The notes beneath the pieces are model-generated. The model was not told where the DNA came from. It ran no database searches and saw nothing but the letters and a program-made list of their open reading frames with translations. Below, piece by piece: positions 8,476 through 17,993 of a stretch of DNA of 64,000 nt (its first letter is position 1; every line of letters starts with the position of its first letter). Source of the DNA: a virus; the IMG/VR virus record IMGVR_UViG_3300042890_002721, positions 8,647 through 72,646 of that record. One strand, 5' to 3'. Position numbers and translations under genes: made by a program.

Positions 8476-10329
8476 TTATTCTTCTTCGTCTTCTTCTTGT
8501 GATTCTTTAACCACACCTTCTTCTTCTTCTTCAGATTCTTCTTCAGATTCTTCTTCCATATAAGATTCGTTGATTGGTTCAAATCTAACACCACCTAACG
8601 TAATACCTTCAGTTATTGCTTCTTCTTTAGCAACAGTTTCTTGGTTAGCTGTAGATTCTTTACCCATATGGATATGTTTCTTAGCTTCAGCAGCATGAGG
8701 TACATTTATATCTTCCCAATGACCAGCTTTAGCTTTTTTACCTTCAATGTTTTCACCTTCAGTTTTAACTTTAGTAGTTTCTTCAACTTCTTCAGTTGTT
8801 ACATCTTCAACACCTTCTTCTTCCTCTTCTTCTTCTTCTTGGTTAAAAGATTCTTTCATTGTTACGTGTTTAGTTGCATCAGCAGATTTTTTCTTAACAT
8901 TTTCCCATTCACCTTTTTTAGGTGCTGGTGCTTTTGTACCTTTTTCAGTTGATACAGAACCTTCTACATGAGCTTTAGCTTCAGCAGCGTGAGATACAGC
9001 ATCATCTAAATCACCTTCTTTTGCAGCTGGTGCTTGAGTTCCTTTATCTTTAGATACAGAACCTTCTACATGTTTAGTAGCTTCTGGTGCTTTTTTAGTT
9101 ATACCATCCCATTCACCAGTTTTAGCTTTTGCGTTTTCAATATCTTCACCTTCTAACAACATTTTTGATTTGCTATAGATATCACCAAAAACAGCGTTTT
9201 CATTGATTCTAGCATTACCTTTTAAAAGACCAAGAGTTTCAGTTGATTTATAACCCATAAGGTGTTTCATGTGAGCCATATCTTCAGATACCATTTTCTT
9301 ATCAGATGCCATAAGTACAACAGCTCTACCTTCAGTTAAGTTACCTTCCCAACGGATTTTATAAGTTTCATTACCATCTGTCATTTCGAATTGTTTATTA
9401 TCTACTCTGTAAGATTCTGGTATCATTTTAAGTGCATTTCCAACACCGTTAAACTCTTTTTTAAATTTAAGTCTTTTCATTCCTTCTTTTATTTGTATTT
9501 TGTTGTTATCATTATTTTCGAACATACCACCTTTCATAGCTTTTTTATCTAACTTGGTAGCTGATTTTTTAGCAGTTTGCATTGCTAAAGTAAATTGTTT
9601 TTTATTTAATAAAGAAATTATCTTATTAATAGCATTACCATATTCCATACTATCTGGCATATCAGATAACATACCAGTTTCACTGTATCTATTTAATAAT
9701 TTTTCAGCTACTTTATCAACACCAGTTTCAGCTATCCAACCACTTATGATTCTAGCGTTTTTTTCTTCTGGAGTTTCAATATTCTCATCTAAAGCATAAG
9801 GTCTATGACCAGTATCCTTTAAATCAGCTTGGATGTCTCTACCTCTAAGGTTAAGTGTTGGAGTTTGATTATTTCTTTTTTCAGTTGATGCTTTAACTCG
9901 TTTAACCAAATTTTTACCAAAGTCTGGACCAGTAAACCCTTGTTGTTTAGGTATTACATTAGCCCATTCTGGGTTATTACCCATTCTAGTACTACCTTCG
10001 ATTGCCTCTTCAGCTCTCTTTTTAAAGTTATCATCTGGTTTACTGTCATATTGAAGCATTTCTTGACCATTCATGATTTCCATTTCTTCATGATATGTTT
10101 TCTCAAAATCATCATCATAATTAAATTTGTTCTGAGCCATTTCTTGTTCATTTTTGTCAGCTTTAACATTTTTCTCAAATGCTGTGACATCTTTCTCAAT
10201 AGCTTTAACACCGTCTTTGTTAAATTTACCAGATTCTTTATTGACAGCAGCTGTTACCGAAATTCCAGGTACTGTTTCCTCTGTGATAAATTTACTATTT
10301 AAGTGTTTTTTTATTATGTTTTTATCCAT
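8476..10329 (-). CDS. Acidic putative internal head/core protein with internal repeats
   Basis: 617 aa; many (I/L)xE motifs; poly-E tracts; upstream TATTTATA motif. Confidence 0.55.
   Translation of the reverse strand: MDKNIIKKHLNSKFITEETVPGISVTAAVNKESGKFNKDGVKAIEKDVTAFEKNVKADKNEQEMAQNKFNYDDDFEKTYHEEMEIMNGQEMLQYDSKPDDNFKKRAEEAIEGSTRMGNNPEWANVIPKQQGFTGPDFGKNLVKRVKASTEKRNNQTPTLNLRGRDIQADLKDTGHRPYALDENIETPEEKNARIISGWIAETGVDKVAEKLLNRYSETGMLSDMPDSMEYGNAINKIISLLNKKQFTLAMQTAKKSATKLDKKAMKGGMFENNDNNKIQIKEGMKRLKFKKEFNGVGNALKMIPESYRVDNKQFEMTDGNETYKIRWEGNLTEGRAVVLMASDKKMVSEDMAHMKHLMGYKSTETLGLLKGNARINENAVFGDIYSKSKMLLEGEDIENAKAKTGEWDGITKKAPEATKHVEGSVSKDKGTQAPAAKEGDLDDAVSHAAEAKAHVEGSVSTEKGTKAPAPKKGEWENVKKKSADATKHVTMKESFNQEEEEEEEEGVEDVTTEEVEETTKVKTEGENIEGKKAKAGHWEDINVPHAAEAKKHIHMGKESTANQETVAKEEAITEGITLGGVRFEPINESYMEEESEEESEEEEEGVVKESQEEDEEE
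8660..9155 (-). repeat. About four degenerate repeats K.G.W....K.A.EA.KHV
   Basis: KTGEWDGITKKAPEATKHV / KEGDLDDAVSHAAEAKAHV / KKGEWENVKKKSADATKHV / KAGHWEDINVPHAAEAKKHI. Confidence 0.8.
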
Positions 10330-10374
10330 TATTAGTATGTTTTAATATAAATATCTAACTTTTTACTAAAGTTA

Positions 10375-12282
10375 TTAGGCTTTATTGTTTTTTGTTTTTA
10401 TTATAGTTATCACTTCTTCAACTGTTTTACCAGTTTTTTTAGCAATTGTTTCATATATTTTGTTCTCACCTAAAGATGGTGCATTTATAGAACCTTTTTT
10501 ATATTTAACTTTTAATGATGAAGCACCAGAGTTACAACCACCATTTTGAGCTTCTTTATTGTTATTGGGTTTAGAACATTCTGGTTGGTCAACAAAAGCA
10601 CCGCCAGCCCATTGTGGGGTTGTTTCAGCTTTGGTTGTAACGTCAGAAAAATCAGTATGATTTTTTTTCATCTTAAATGCTGGTACTGTATATTCACCAG
10701 TTGAATCAGAACCACTAGTTGTTTCTTTTAATTCTCTACGAATCATTTCTTCTTCTTCTTCTTCTTCTTCTTCTCTCATTTTTCCAAACAATGGTGCAGT
10801 AAAAGCACCAGAAGAAGCAGCAGTTGTTTCATCAATCTCACCAGATTCTTTTCTTCTAGCTAATTCTTTAGCTCTAATATCTTTTATTTTTTGTAAGGTA
10901 GCAGCTTTTTCTTCATCTGATTTAACACTAGGCTCACCAGTAAATCCTTTACCTAAATCTTGTTTAATCTTTTCTCTATCAATAGCATGTTTAACAAAAC
11001 TATCATCACTTTCTTGCATTGGATTTAAAGCGTTGGTTATGTTTTTATCTTTATCATAGATATCAAGTAATTCAGCTCTTAATGTATCATCAATTTTAAC
11101 CAAATTAGCATCAGATTCCCAACCTTGTACTCCTATACCTTTTGATAATGAGTTTAAATTCTCATCAACATATGTTGATAAAATCTCACCATCCATATCA
11201 AATTCACCATAAGTATAATCAGCGAAACCTTCTTCATCTTGGCCATCAGAATCCATAGGTACTTTACCTAAATCTGAAGCAACACTAGCAAAACCTTTTT
11301 CATCTTCACTAGTTAAATAAAAATAATTAAAACACCATAAATCATTTCTATGTTTCATTATAGCAACTTCTTTATTGAAAGCTATTGTTTCAAAATCAGA
11401 TGTTGGTGCTATACTTCTTTTTGTGTATTGTTGATTTGATTGGTTAGCTGGATGTTCTGAGTGTGAATCAAACCAATCACCTTCTTGTAGGTCAACTGTT
11501 GTGTCAATACCTTCAGAAATTGATGTTAATTTATCTTCAATTGCTTGTAAGGTTTGGTCTTTATCACCCATCGATTTCGTAATAACATAAGTATTATCTC
11601 CAGAGCTCTTAATTAATGGTGGGTTGTTTTTAAGCAATTCTAAGCATATTTTATCAAAAGTTAACCCTTTCTTCTCCCAATATGGTGAAAGTTCGTTAGC
11701 TTTACCGTATAGTCTTGCTATAAGTCCTTTCATTTCAGTTTTGATATTACCTTCTGATTCTTCAGATATTGGTTTACCAAAATCTTGTATTGCTGAAGGT
11801 GCATCGGAAGTTTTTTGTTTTATGTTAAAATCTTTACCTTCAGCTTCTTCATCAACTGGTTTTAAACTAACAACATCATTTGATACTGGCATTTCTTTTT
11901 TAAATGCTTTATCAACTCTAGCTTCACCACCTTTTATATCGGAATCCTCTTGAAGCTTATGCATTGTTTTAAACTTATCGTAAGCATAAACTAAATCTTG
12001 ACCAAAAGCGTAAGTACCAACATCAACTTTACCATCTGGATATTTAGCCCAAACATATTGATATTTATTACCGTTCATCTCAAAAGGTTCTTCACCAGAC
12101 ATTTCTTTATAGTATTCAACATATAAAGGGTCTTTATCGATAGCTTTATCTTTATCTTCTTTTAATATTTTAGAACCAAAAATCCTATCATATTGTTCTT
12201 GAGTGATTTTAAGTGTATTTTTAGTGTTTTTATTTAAACCTAAAAGTTCAGCTTGTCTTTCAGTAATTTTAATCTTTTTCAT
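10375..12282 (-). CDS. Acidic putative internal head protein (multi-segment)
   Basis: N-terminal KIKITE.Q motif twice; many (I/L/M)xE motifs. Confidence 0.55.
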   Translation of the reverse strand: MKKIKITERQAELLGLNKNTKNTLKITQEQYDRIFGSKILKEDKDKAIDKDPLYVEYYKEMSGEEPFEMNGNKYQYVWAKYPDGKVDVGTYAFGQDLVYAYDKFKTMHKLQEDSDIKGGEARVDKAFKKEMPVSNDVVSLKPVDEEAEGKDFNIKQKTSDAPSAIQDFGKPISEESEGNIKTEMKGLIARLYGKANELSPYWEKKGLTFDKICLELLKNNPPLIKSSGDNTYVITKSMGDKDQTLQAIEDKLTSISEGIDTTVDLQEGDWFDSHSEHPANQSNQQYTKRSIAPTSDFETIAFNKEVAIMKHRNDLWCFNYFYLTSEDEKGFASVASDLGKVPMDSDGQDEEGFADYTYGEFDMDGEILSTYVDENLNSLSKGIGVQGWESDANLVKIDDTLRAELLDIYDKDKNITNALNPMQESDDSFVKHAIDREKIKQDLGKGFTGEPSVKSDEEKAATLQKIKDIRAKELARRKESGEIDETTAASSGAFTAPLFGKMREEEEEEEEEMIRRELKETTSGSDSTGEYTVPAFKMKKNHTDFSDVTTKAETTPQWAGGAFVDQPECSKPNNNKEAQNGGCNSGASSLKVKYKKGSINAPSLGENKIYETIAKKTGKTVEEVITIIKTKNNKA

Positions 12283-12287
12283 ATTTA

Positions 12288-12542
12288 TTAGCTACTTTTG
12301 TTGCTTAAGTTATTCTGCCAAAGGCTTCTTTTATTCCAAAGTGTCTTATATAAACTAGAAATAACATTTCCAGTTATTTCAACAATTTTATCTTCAAGCT
12401 CTTTGTCATCTTTAAGTTTATCCTTAACAATTTTTTCAATCTTAGTTTTAAATTCACTAGTATTCATATATACCTTAAGTTCTTTGGATATATCAGACTT
12501 TGTTAATTCTTCATTAATTTTTTTATTGTTTTGGGGTACCAT
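12288..12542 (-). CDS. Small hypothetical protein, possibly virion-associated
   Basis: INEE motif near N-terminus; TATTTATA at 12554-12561. Confidence 0.6.
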   Translation of the reverse strand: MVPQNNKKINEELTKSDISKELKVYMNTSEFKTKIEKIVKDKLKDDKELEDKIVEITGNVISSLYKTLWNKRSLWQNNLSNKSS

Positions 12543-12618
12543 ATTGTTTTATATATAAATATGTTGTCTAAAACAAAAAAAACCCAATCAAGGGCTTTAT
12601 TTTATTGTGTTTTATAAA

Positions 12619-13338
12619 TTATACGATACTATACTTTCTTGGTTGTATTTTAATACTAGTAGTTGAAACATTATCGTCACCATATGTAAGTCTAGAGAAA
12701 CCAATCCCATCAATACTACAATCATCCAATAAAATAGTTTCCAATACATCGTTGTTTGGTCCTAGTGTTTTTATTATAAAGTTAAAACTATGTTTATTAA
12801 CCAACATCTCATTTAACCTAACGTTTAATTTGACATCATCATTTGTGATTAAATCGTATAAATCAACTACTATTAGTGATATCTTTGGTTTAGAACTAAT
12901 CTTTAACCCTAGGAATCGTTTCTCATCAAATGTTATTGTAGGTCTAGATATTGATTTTACTTGATTTTGTCTTATCCCTAATTCTTGTGGAAATACTACG
13001 ATGAATCTAGTGTTACTCTTAACGTCTACATAATCTTTCTTAGGTTCTACATCAACTTTTTTATCAATACCAGTAACAAAGATTGGTTTACCAAGCATTT
13101 CTTTTCTAGATTTGTCTGCAATACCATCAATTGTAAAGCCTTTACGTGTGCTCAAAGGATTAGGTTTCCCAGTCAATTCCTCATAATGTGGGTTGGCTTC
13201 ACCAGTGTATGGGTCGTACATTGGTATCTCTCTAGCTTCTTTTGGAGCATCAGTTAATAACCCTTGTGTAGATGGGATTACCTTTTTGGTTCTTTTTTTA
13301 TACCTTCTTTTAGGTTTTGGTTGTTCTTGATTTTCCAT
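12619..13338 (-). CDS. Divergent T4 gp19-like tail tube paralog with N-terminal extension
   Basis: RFIV.FP..LGI....V.SISRP, LGP...VLE..LL, F..L.Y.DD......IQP pattern resembles gp19-family tube proteins. Confidence 0.5.
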   Translation of the reverse strand: MENQEQPKPKRRYKKRTKKVIPSTQGLLTDAPKEAREIPMYDPYTGEANPHYEELTGKPNPLSTRKGFTIDGIADKSRKEMLGKPIFVTGIDKKVDVEPKKDYVDVKSNTRFIVVFPQELGIRQNQVKSISRPTITFDEKRFLGLKISSKPKISLIVVDLYDLITNDDVKLNVRLNEMLVNKHSFNFIIKTLGPNNDVLETILLDDCSIDGIGFSRLTYGDDNVSTTSIKIQPRKYSIV

Positions 13339-13805
13339 TATTTATAAATTAAAACGATTATTGGTGCTACAATAGCTGCTGTAAACCCCATTATTTTTAA
13401 GACTTTTTGTTTTATTATTTCTTTTTTTTGTTTTTTTATTGTTTCATTAAGTAATGAAATTTCTTTATCTTTGTTTGTTATAATATCATTTAAATTGTTA
13501 ACAACCTTAATTTGTAGTTCACTTTTTGTTTGCATATCTCTAAGCATAGAAAATTGAAAACCTACAGTTACATCTTTAAGTGAGTCATTTATTTCATAAT
13601 ATCTAACTAGACTGTCTAATTTTTGTTTTTCTAAAACATCAGCTAATATTATCTTCGCATCAGATAATTTAAATTGTATTAACGTATCACCATTAATAAC
13701 CACCGCAGTTACTCTATTATCTTTTATTGAGATAGTTTGTGAAAGTGTTTGCAACGACATTAGCAGACATGCGATTAACAGTAGGTTTAATTTTATTTTT
13801 TTCAT
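13338..13805 (-). CDS. Exported coiled-coil protein with C-terminal TM (spanin-like candidate)
   Basis: Signal peptide (possible LIAC lipobox or LSQ SPI site), coiled coil, C-terminal hydrophobic helix. Confidence 0.55.
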   Translation of the reverse strand: MKKIKLNLLLIACLLMSLQTLSQTISIKDNRVTAVVINGDTLIQFKLSDAKIILADVLEKQKLDSLVRYYEINDSLKDVTVGFQFSMLRDMQTKSELQIKVVNNLNDIITNKDKEISLLNETIKKQKKEIIKQKVLKIMGFTAAIVAPIIVLIYK

Positions 13806-14073
13806 TTTTAAGTTTTTGTATTTGTAGTTTCAATTCATCTATTTTATCATTATTAATATTTAATAACGCTTTAGCTTTAATGAATTCAATATTTAATTTT
13901 TTAATAGAATCATTTAATTGATTATTTCCACTAATCAATTTTTTATTAGATTCATGTAAACCAGTTATTTCAGTTTGATTATCTATTGGTGGTGTTTTAC
14001 TATTTAAAATAAAATTTAACACCAATAAAAATCCCAAAACTAATATCATTATGGTTTTTATATCTAATTTCAT
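13717..14073 (-). CDS. N-terminal TM coiled-coil protein (i-spanin-like candidate)
   Basis: Single N-terminal TM plus coiled coil; overlaps the downstream gene by 89 nt. Confidence 0.55.
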   Translation of the reverse strand: MKLDIKTIMILVLGFLLVLNFILNSKTPPIDNQTEITGLHESNKKLISGNNQLNDSIKKLNIEFIKAKALLNINNDKIDELKLQIQKLKNEKNKIKPTVNRMSANVVANTFTNYLNKR

Positions 14074-14074
14074 A

Positions 14075-14611
14075 TTAATTATTATTTGATTTGTATTCGT
14101 TAGTAAGTTTTAAGGCCCATTCATCAACCCAATTTTCATAATAACCTCTTAATTTTTGTAACACTAAACTAACTTTGTCATCTAGTTCAATATCTTTCAT
14201 AGTAGTTTGTATATCACCAGCAGCTAAATCCATTTTAAAATGAATACCAGAATCTTCACTTTGTCTTTGTAAGAATGTACCTTCAATAATAACATTTTGG
14301 TCTATTGGGTAAATCTTGAAGTTATTTATTTTAACTCTTGGGTCTACAGTATCTTGTAGTTTTTTCAATTCATCATTAAATACCGCATCTCCAGATACTG
14401 GTGATATAGTATCACCTTCAATTTCTTTTGGTTCATTGTTATCTATTGGTTCTGGTAAATCATCACCAGCTTCTAATGGTACCACATTATTAGGTGCCAT
14501 TTGAGGTTCAGCAATTTCATCAGCTTCAGTGATTAATTTGCTTTTAAAACCATTTCTGATGATTTCCATCATTTCTTTGGTTTTGTCGTGTTCGTTTATA
14601 TTTTCTTTCAT
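14075..14611 (-). CDS. Hypothetical protein, possibly virion-associated
   Basis: INE and LITE motifs followed by an acidic linker. Confidence 0.65.
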   Translation of the reverse strand: MKENINEHDKTKEMMEIIRNGFKSKLITEADEIAEPQMAPNNVVPLEAGDDLPEPIDNNEPKEIEGDTISPVSGDAVFNDELKKLQDTVDPRVKINNFKIYPIDQNVIIEGTFLQRQSEDSGIHFKMDLAAGDIQTTMKDIELDDKVSLVLQKLRGYYENWVDEWALKLTNEYKSNNN

Positions 14612-14614
14612 ACT

Positions 14615-15226
14615 TTAGTTTGTTTCTATTTTATTTTTAAACTCTTGAAAATCCCAAGCTGGTGATAAATCAGTAAAGTGTCTTTCTAAATTACTTTTAT
14701 AAATAACACCTTCATAACCATTGAAATTTTCAACCTTTGTATTATGTATTATAGATGTCATTGGTATATCGAATTCATTACATAATAACTTAACTAAATC
14801 TTTAGCTGACTCCATTTGTTCTTCAGTATATGGTGTCCAATAATTATAACCTCTCCATTTTTTTTCAATTATTTTAATTGGTTCTTTATAAATATGACCA
14901 ACCCATGTAATATATTGGTTTTTTATTTTATCTTTCAACAACCAACCATCATTGTCTAATAATATCACAATACTTTTATCCTCTAATTCTTTATCACCAA
15001 AATATTTGGATTGAAATTTTGGTTCAAAGTGTTTATAAATAGAACCAGCCGCATCAATTGTAAATGCAGCTGTTTTTTGGTATTTACCATTATATCTATG
15101 TAACCAACCATTATAATGTTTCATCTCATTATTATTGGTGTGACCTATAACTATTTGTTTTTTAGTATTTTCAATTTGCAAATAATTACTAGATGGTAAT
15201 TTATATTTAATCTCATCAATTATCAT
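14615..15226 (-). CDS. N-acetylmuramoyl-L-alanine amidase (Amidase_2)-like, apparently degenerate
   Basis: K.QIVIGHT, ID..G.IY.HF, YTEEQ..S...L...LC.EF.IP, TDLSPAWDF. Confidence 0.7.
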   Translation of the reverse strand: MIIDEIKYKLPSSNYLQIENTKKQIVIGHTNNNEMKHYNGWLHRYNGKYQKTAAFTIDAAGSIYKHFEPKFQSKYFGDKELEDKSIVILLDNDGWLLKDKIKNQYITWVGHIYKEPIKIIEKKWRGYNYWTPYTEEQMESAKDLVKLLCNEFDIPMTSIIHNTKVENFNGYEGVIYKSNLERHFTDLSPAWDFQEFKNKIETN

Positions 15227-16476
15227 TGTTTACGTCTGAAAAAAAACTTGTTGTTATCACCATCCTTGATGTGTTTGTTTGAACCTATCCTTTCAATTGT
15301 GTTTGTACCTTTTGATGGAGGAACTGGAACTGAATAACCTCTATTCTCTTTAACCTCTTTAATATCTTCAACTTGTATTTTCCCATTAGGTATTACTGGT
15401 TCTTTTTTATAAATTGGAACCTCTATTTCTTTTTCACTAACAAATGTTGTTATTTCTGGTTCTTCAATAACTTCTTCAATAACTTCTACACCCTCATTTA
15501 CAGCATCATTTGGAGTATCACTTACGGCATCATTAATAGCTAACCAAGATGATGGCACTTGTGGTTCTATGGTTTCTTCATTTTCAACATCATGTCTCAT
15601 GTAAACATTTGGTGTTGCTGGGTCTGGAATCCCATCCCAAACTTTCATTTCTGTTTGTGTTAGTTTAGGTTCTAGTGGTGTTTGTTTACCTTCTAGTTGA
15701 AAGATTCTATTGGTTGCTAATATCAATGCTATTGCCAATGGGTCAAAAACAAATATAAGTAGTAAAATCATATAGTTAACAACATTATCCATTGGTATAC
15801 CAGTTAACCCAGAAATATATTTTAATGGTCCAACTTCACCAGCTACATCACTACCAGCTTTTAATTCTAATGCTTGTACATTATATTTACTAACTGAGTC
15901 AGATAATGAGATATTTTTAGTATTTAATTCATCAATCTCAAGTGATAATTTTTGAATCTCTTTATTTGAACCTTCGATATCTCTCCTTACCTTATCTTTA
16001 CTGTAGTTACCTTGGGTGTTATCAATTCTATTTTCTTGGTTTGTTCTTAACCCAGATAATTGATTTATTCGTTTAGTTTTAGTTTCAATTATTGATTTAT
16101 TTTCAGTTATTGATTTATCAAATATTTCTTTTTTAGCTATTAAAACATCAACCTCACCTTCATGAATCTCTAATTTATTCGCAGTCTTTTGATATGCGTT
16201 TGATAAGAAGCCATAAATACCAGCAGATGTTATAATCATAAGTACACCAACACTTATAGTTAAATAAATTTTAAGTGTTGTTGCTAATTTATCCCAATAC
16301 GTGTGTAATGCTGTTGTTGTAACTATTTTACCTAATTCTAAAACACTGGCCATTATAATAACAGCTGTACTAGCACCAGCAAATAACTGACTAAGACCCC
16401 ATATAGAAAAATATGCAGCACAACCAGCAACGGCTAATGCTAACACCAACATTACATAACTAAACCTAATTTTCAT
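15223..16476 (-). CDS. Multi-TM membrane protein with large coiled coil
   Basis: AAYFSI.GL, MA..LE.GK, TS.GIYGFLS, EVGPLKY, IFVFDPLA. Confidence 0.7.
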   Translation of the reverse strand: MKIRFSYVMLVLALAVAGCAAYFSIWGLSQLFAGASTAVIIMASVLELGKIVTTTALHTYWDKLATTLKIYLTISVGVLMIITSAGIYGFLSNAYQKTANKLEIHEGEVDVLIAKKEIFDKSITENKSIIETKTKRINQLSGLRTNQENRIDNTQGNYSKDKVRRDIEGSNKEIQKLSLEIDELNTKNISLSDSVSKYNVQALELKAGSDVAGEVGPLKYISGLTGIPMDNVVNYMILLLIFVFDPLAIALILATNRIFQLEGKQTPLEPKLTQTEMKVWDGIPDPATPNVYMRHDVENEETIEPQVPSSWLAINDAVSDTPNDAVNEGVEVIEEVIEEPEITTFVSEKEIEVPIYKKEPVIPNGKIQVEDIKEVKENRGYSVPVPPSKGTNTIERIGSNKHIKDGDNNKFFFRRKQ

Positions 16477-16499
16477 TGTATATATTTTAATTATAAATA

Positions 16500-17327
16500 C
16501 TAATCATTAATTAAAGTGAACAAATCATGTGCATTATGTCTTAATTTTCTAAGTGCCTTTTCTTTGATTTGTCTAATTCTTTCTTTTGTTAAACTATATT
16601 TTTCACCTATAGCTTCAAGTGTCATTGCTTCACATTGTGTATTAACACCAAAATAAGATTCAATAATTTCTCTTTCTCTATCATCTAAAACACTAAGAGT
16701 TTTATTTATTTGGTCTTTAACTCTTTTATCGATTATTAATTCTTCTTCTTCAACTTCACTAGCTATTAATTGAATCAATTCATCACCTTCTTCATTGATA
16801 CTCTCATTCAAAGATGCACATTTAGGGAAGTATAACATACTTGAAGTGTCTTTGTCTTTATCTTTGATTTCACCAAATACTGGTTCTCTTTCATTTTCAT
16901 ATTCAAATTTAGCAATTTCTTTATTTAAATATGATATTTTGTTAATTACATTTGCTGGTAATCTAACCATTCTAGCATTATCGTTAAGACCTTGTATGAT
17001 TGATTGCCTAACCCACCAAACAGCGTAAGAGATAAATCTAAAACCACGTTTATGGTCAAATCTAGAAGCAGCTTTTATTAAACCATAATTACCCTCATTA
17101 ATCAAATCGGATAATGGTAATCCTTGTCCTTGATATTCTTTAGCAACAGAAATTACAAATTTTAAATTAGCTTGAACCAATTCATGCATTGCTTTATCAT
17201 CACCATTTTTTATTTTCTTAGCTAATTCAACTTCTTGTATAGGTGTTAATATTGTTGATTTTCTAACATCTTTAAAATATTTACCTATGCTATCATCATT
17301 GTCAAAATTTACGTATTTTTTACTCAT
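16500..17327 (-). CDS. RNA polymerase sigma-70 factor, short RpoD of Bacteroidota type
   Basis: ANLKFVISVAK.Y, DLINEGN.GLIKAA.RFD..RGFRFISYAVWW.RQ, RMVRLP, TLE.IG....LT.ERIRQI; no region 1.1. Confidence 0.92.
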   Translation of the reverse strand: MSKKYVNFDNDDSIGKYFKDVRKSTILTPIQEVELAKKIKNGDDKAMHELVQANLKFVISVAKEYQGQGLPLSDLINEGNYGLIKAASRFDHKRGFRFISYAVWWVRQSIIQGLNDNARMVRLPANVINKISYLNKEIAKFEYENEREPVFGEIKDKDKDTSSMLYFPKCASLNESINEEGDELIQLIASEVEEEELIIDKRVKDQINKTLSVLDDREREIIESYFGVNTQCEAMTLEAIGEKYSLTKERIRQIKEKALRKLRHNAHDLFTLIND

Positions 17328-17370
17328 TAAAATTCATAATTTCTTATCTTTTCGTTATTTTTGTATTATA

Positions 17371-17402
17371 CAAATATACGCATAAAAACCTTAAAAGTCA
17401 AG
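17371..17402 (-). promoter_or_regulatory. Bacteroidota-type promoter (CTTGAC-N18-TATATTTG) for the sigma gene
   Basis: Same elements and spacing as 1495-1526. Confidence 0.7.
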
Positions 17403-17414
17403 GGTTTTAGCATA

Positions 17415-17945
17415 TTAAATCCATAAAAAACTTAAAATTTCTTTTTCATATTCACTCATATTTTCAACACCATTATCTATTATTTTATCTTGTAAGTCGT
17501 TCTTCTCTTTATGAGTCATTTTACTTATATCGTCTTTGGTTAGTCTATCAGTTTTTAAAGATTGTCTTAATGGTCTAATATGACTTTTAATATCTTTTGT
17601 ACTTGATGACATCTCAACATCTTTTAAGAATTCAACAGCTCTTTCATCTAAATCACTTTCAGCCATTTCTTTTAAAAAACCAAATAACCCATCATTAACT
17701 TCTTTTTTATTGATATTAAAACCAGAATTTTCCTCATTTAAATCAAATAATAAAAAGTTCCTTTGGTTCAACTTAAAAAAATCACTTAACTCTTTAGGTG
17801 TTAATGCTGATGTGAATGTAGCTAGTAAAATACCTCTAGCATCTAATAAATTAATTTTAGAATCCGAAACTTTTTCGATTTCTAATTTAATACTACCATG
17901 GGTGTTAGCACCCATTATAACTATACAATAATTTCTAAATTTCAT
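17415..17945 (-). CDS. Hypothetical protein
   Basis: 176 aa ORF; C-terminal DKI...G.E.MS.YEK.IL; TATCTTTG box at 17963-17970. Confidence 0.7.
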   Translation of the reverse strand: MKFRNYCIVIMGANTHGSIKLEIEKVSDSKINLLDARGILLATFTSALTPKELSDFFKLNQRNFLLFDLNEENSGFNINKKEVNDGLFGFLKEMAESDLDERAVEFLKDVEMSSSTKDIKSHIRPLRQSLKTDRLTKDDISKMTHKEKNDLQDKIIDNGVENMSEYEKEILSFLWI

Positions 17946-17993
17946 AATAACTTTATTTTTAACAAAGATACTAATAATTATCTAACAAATCAA

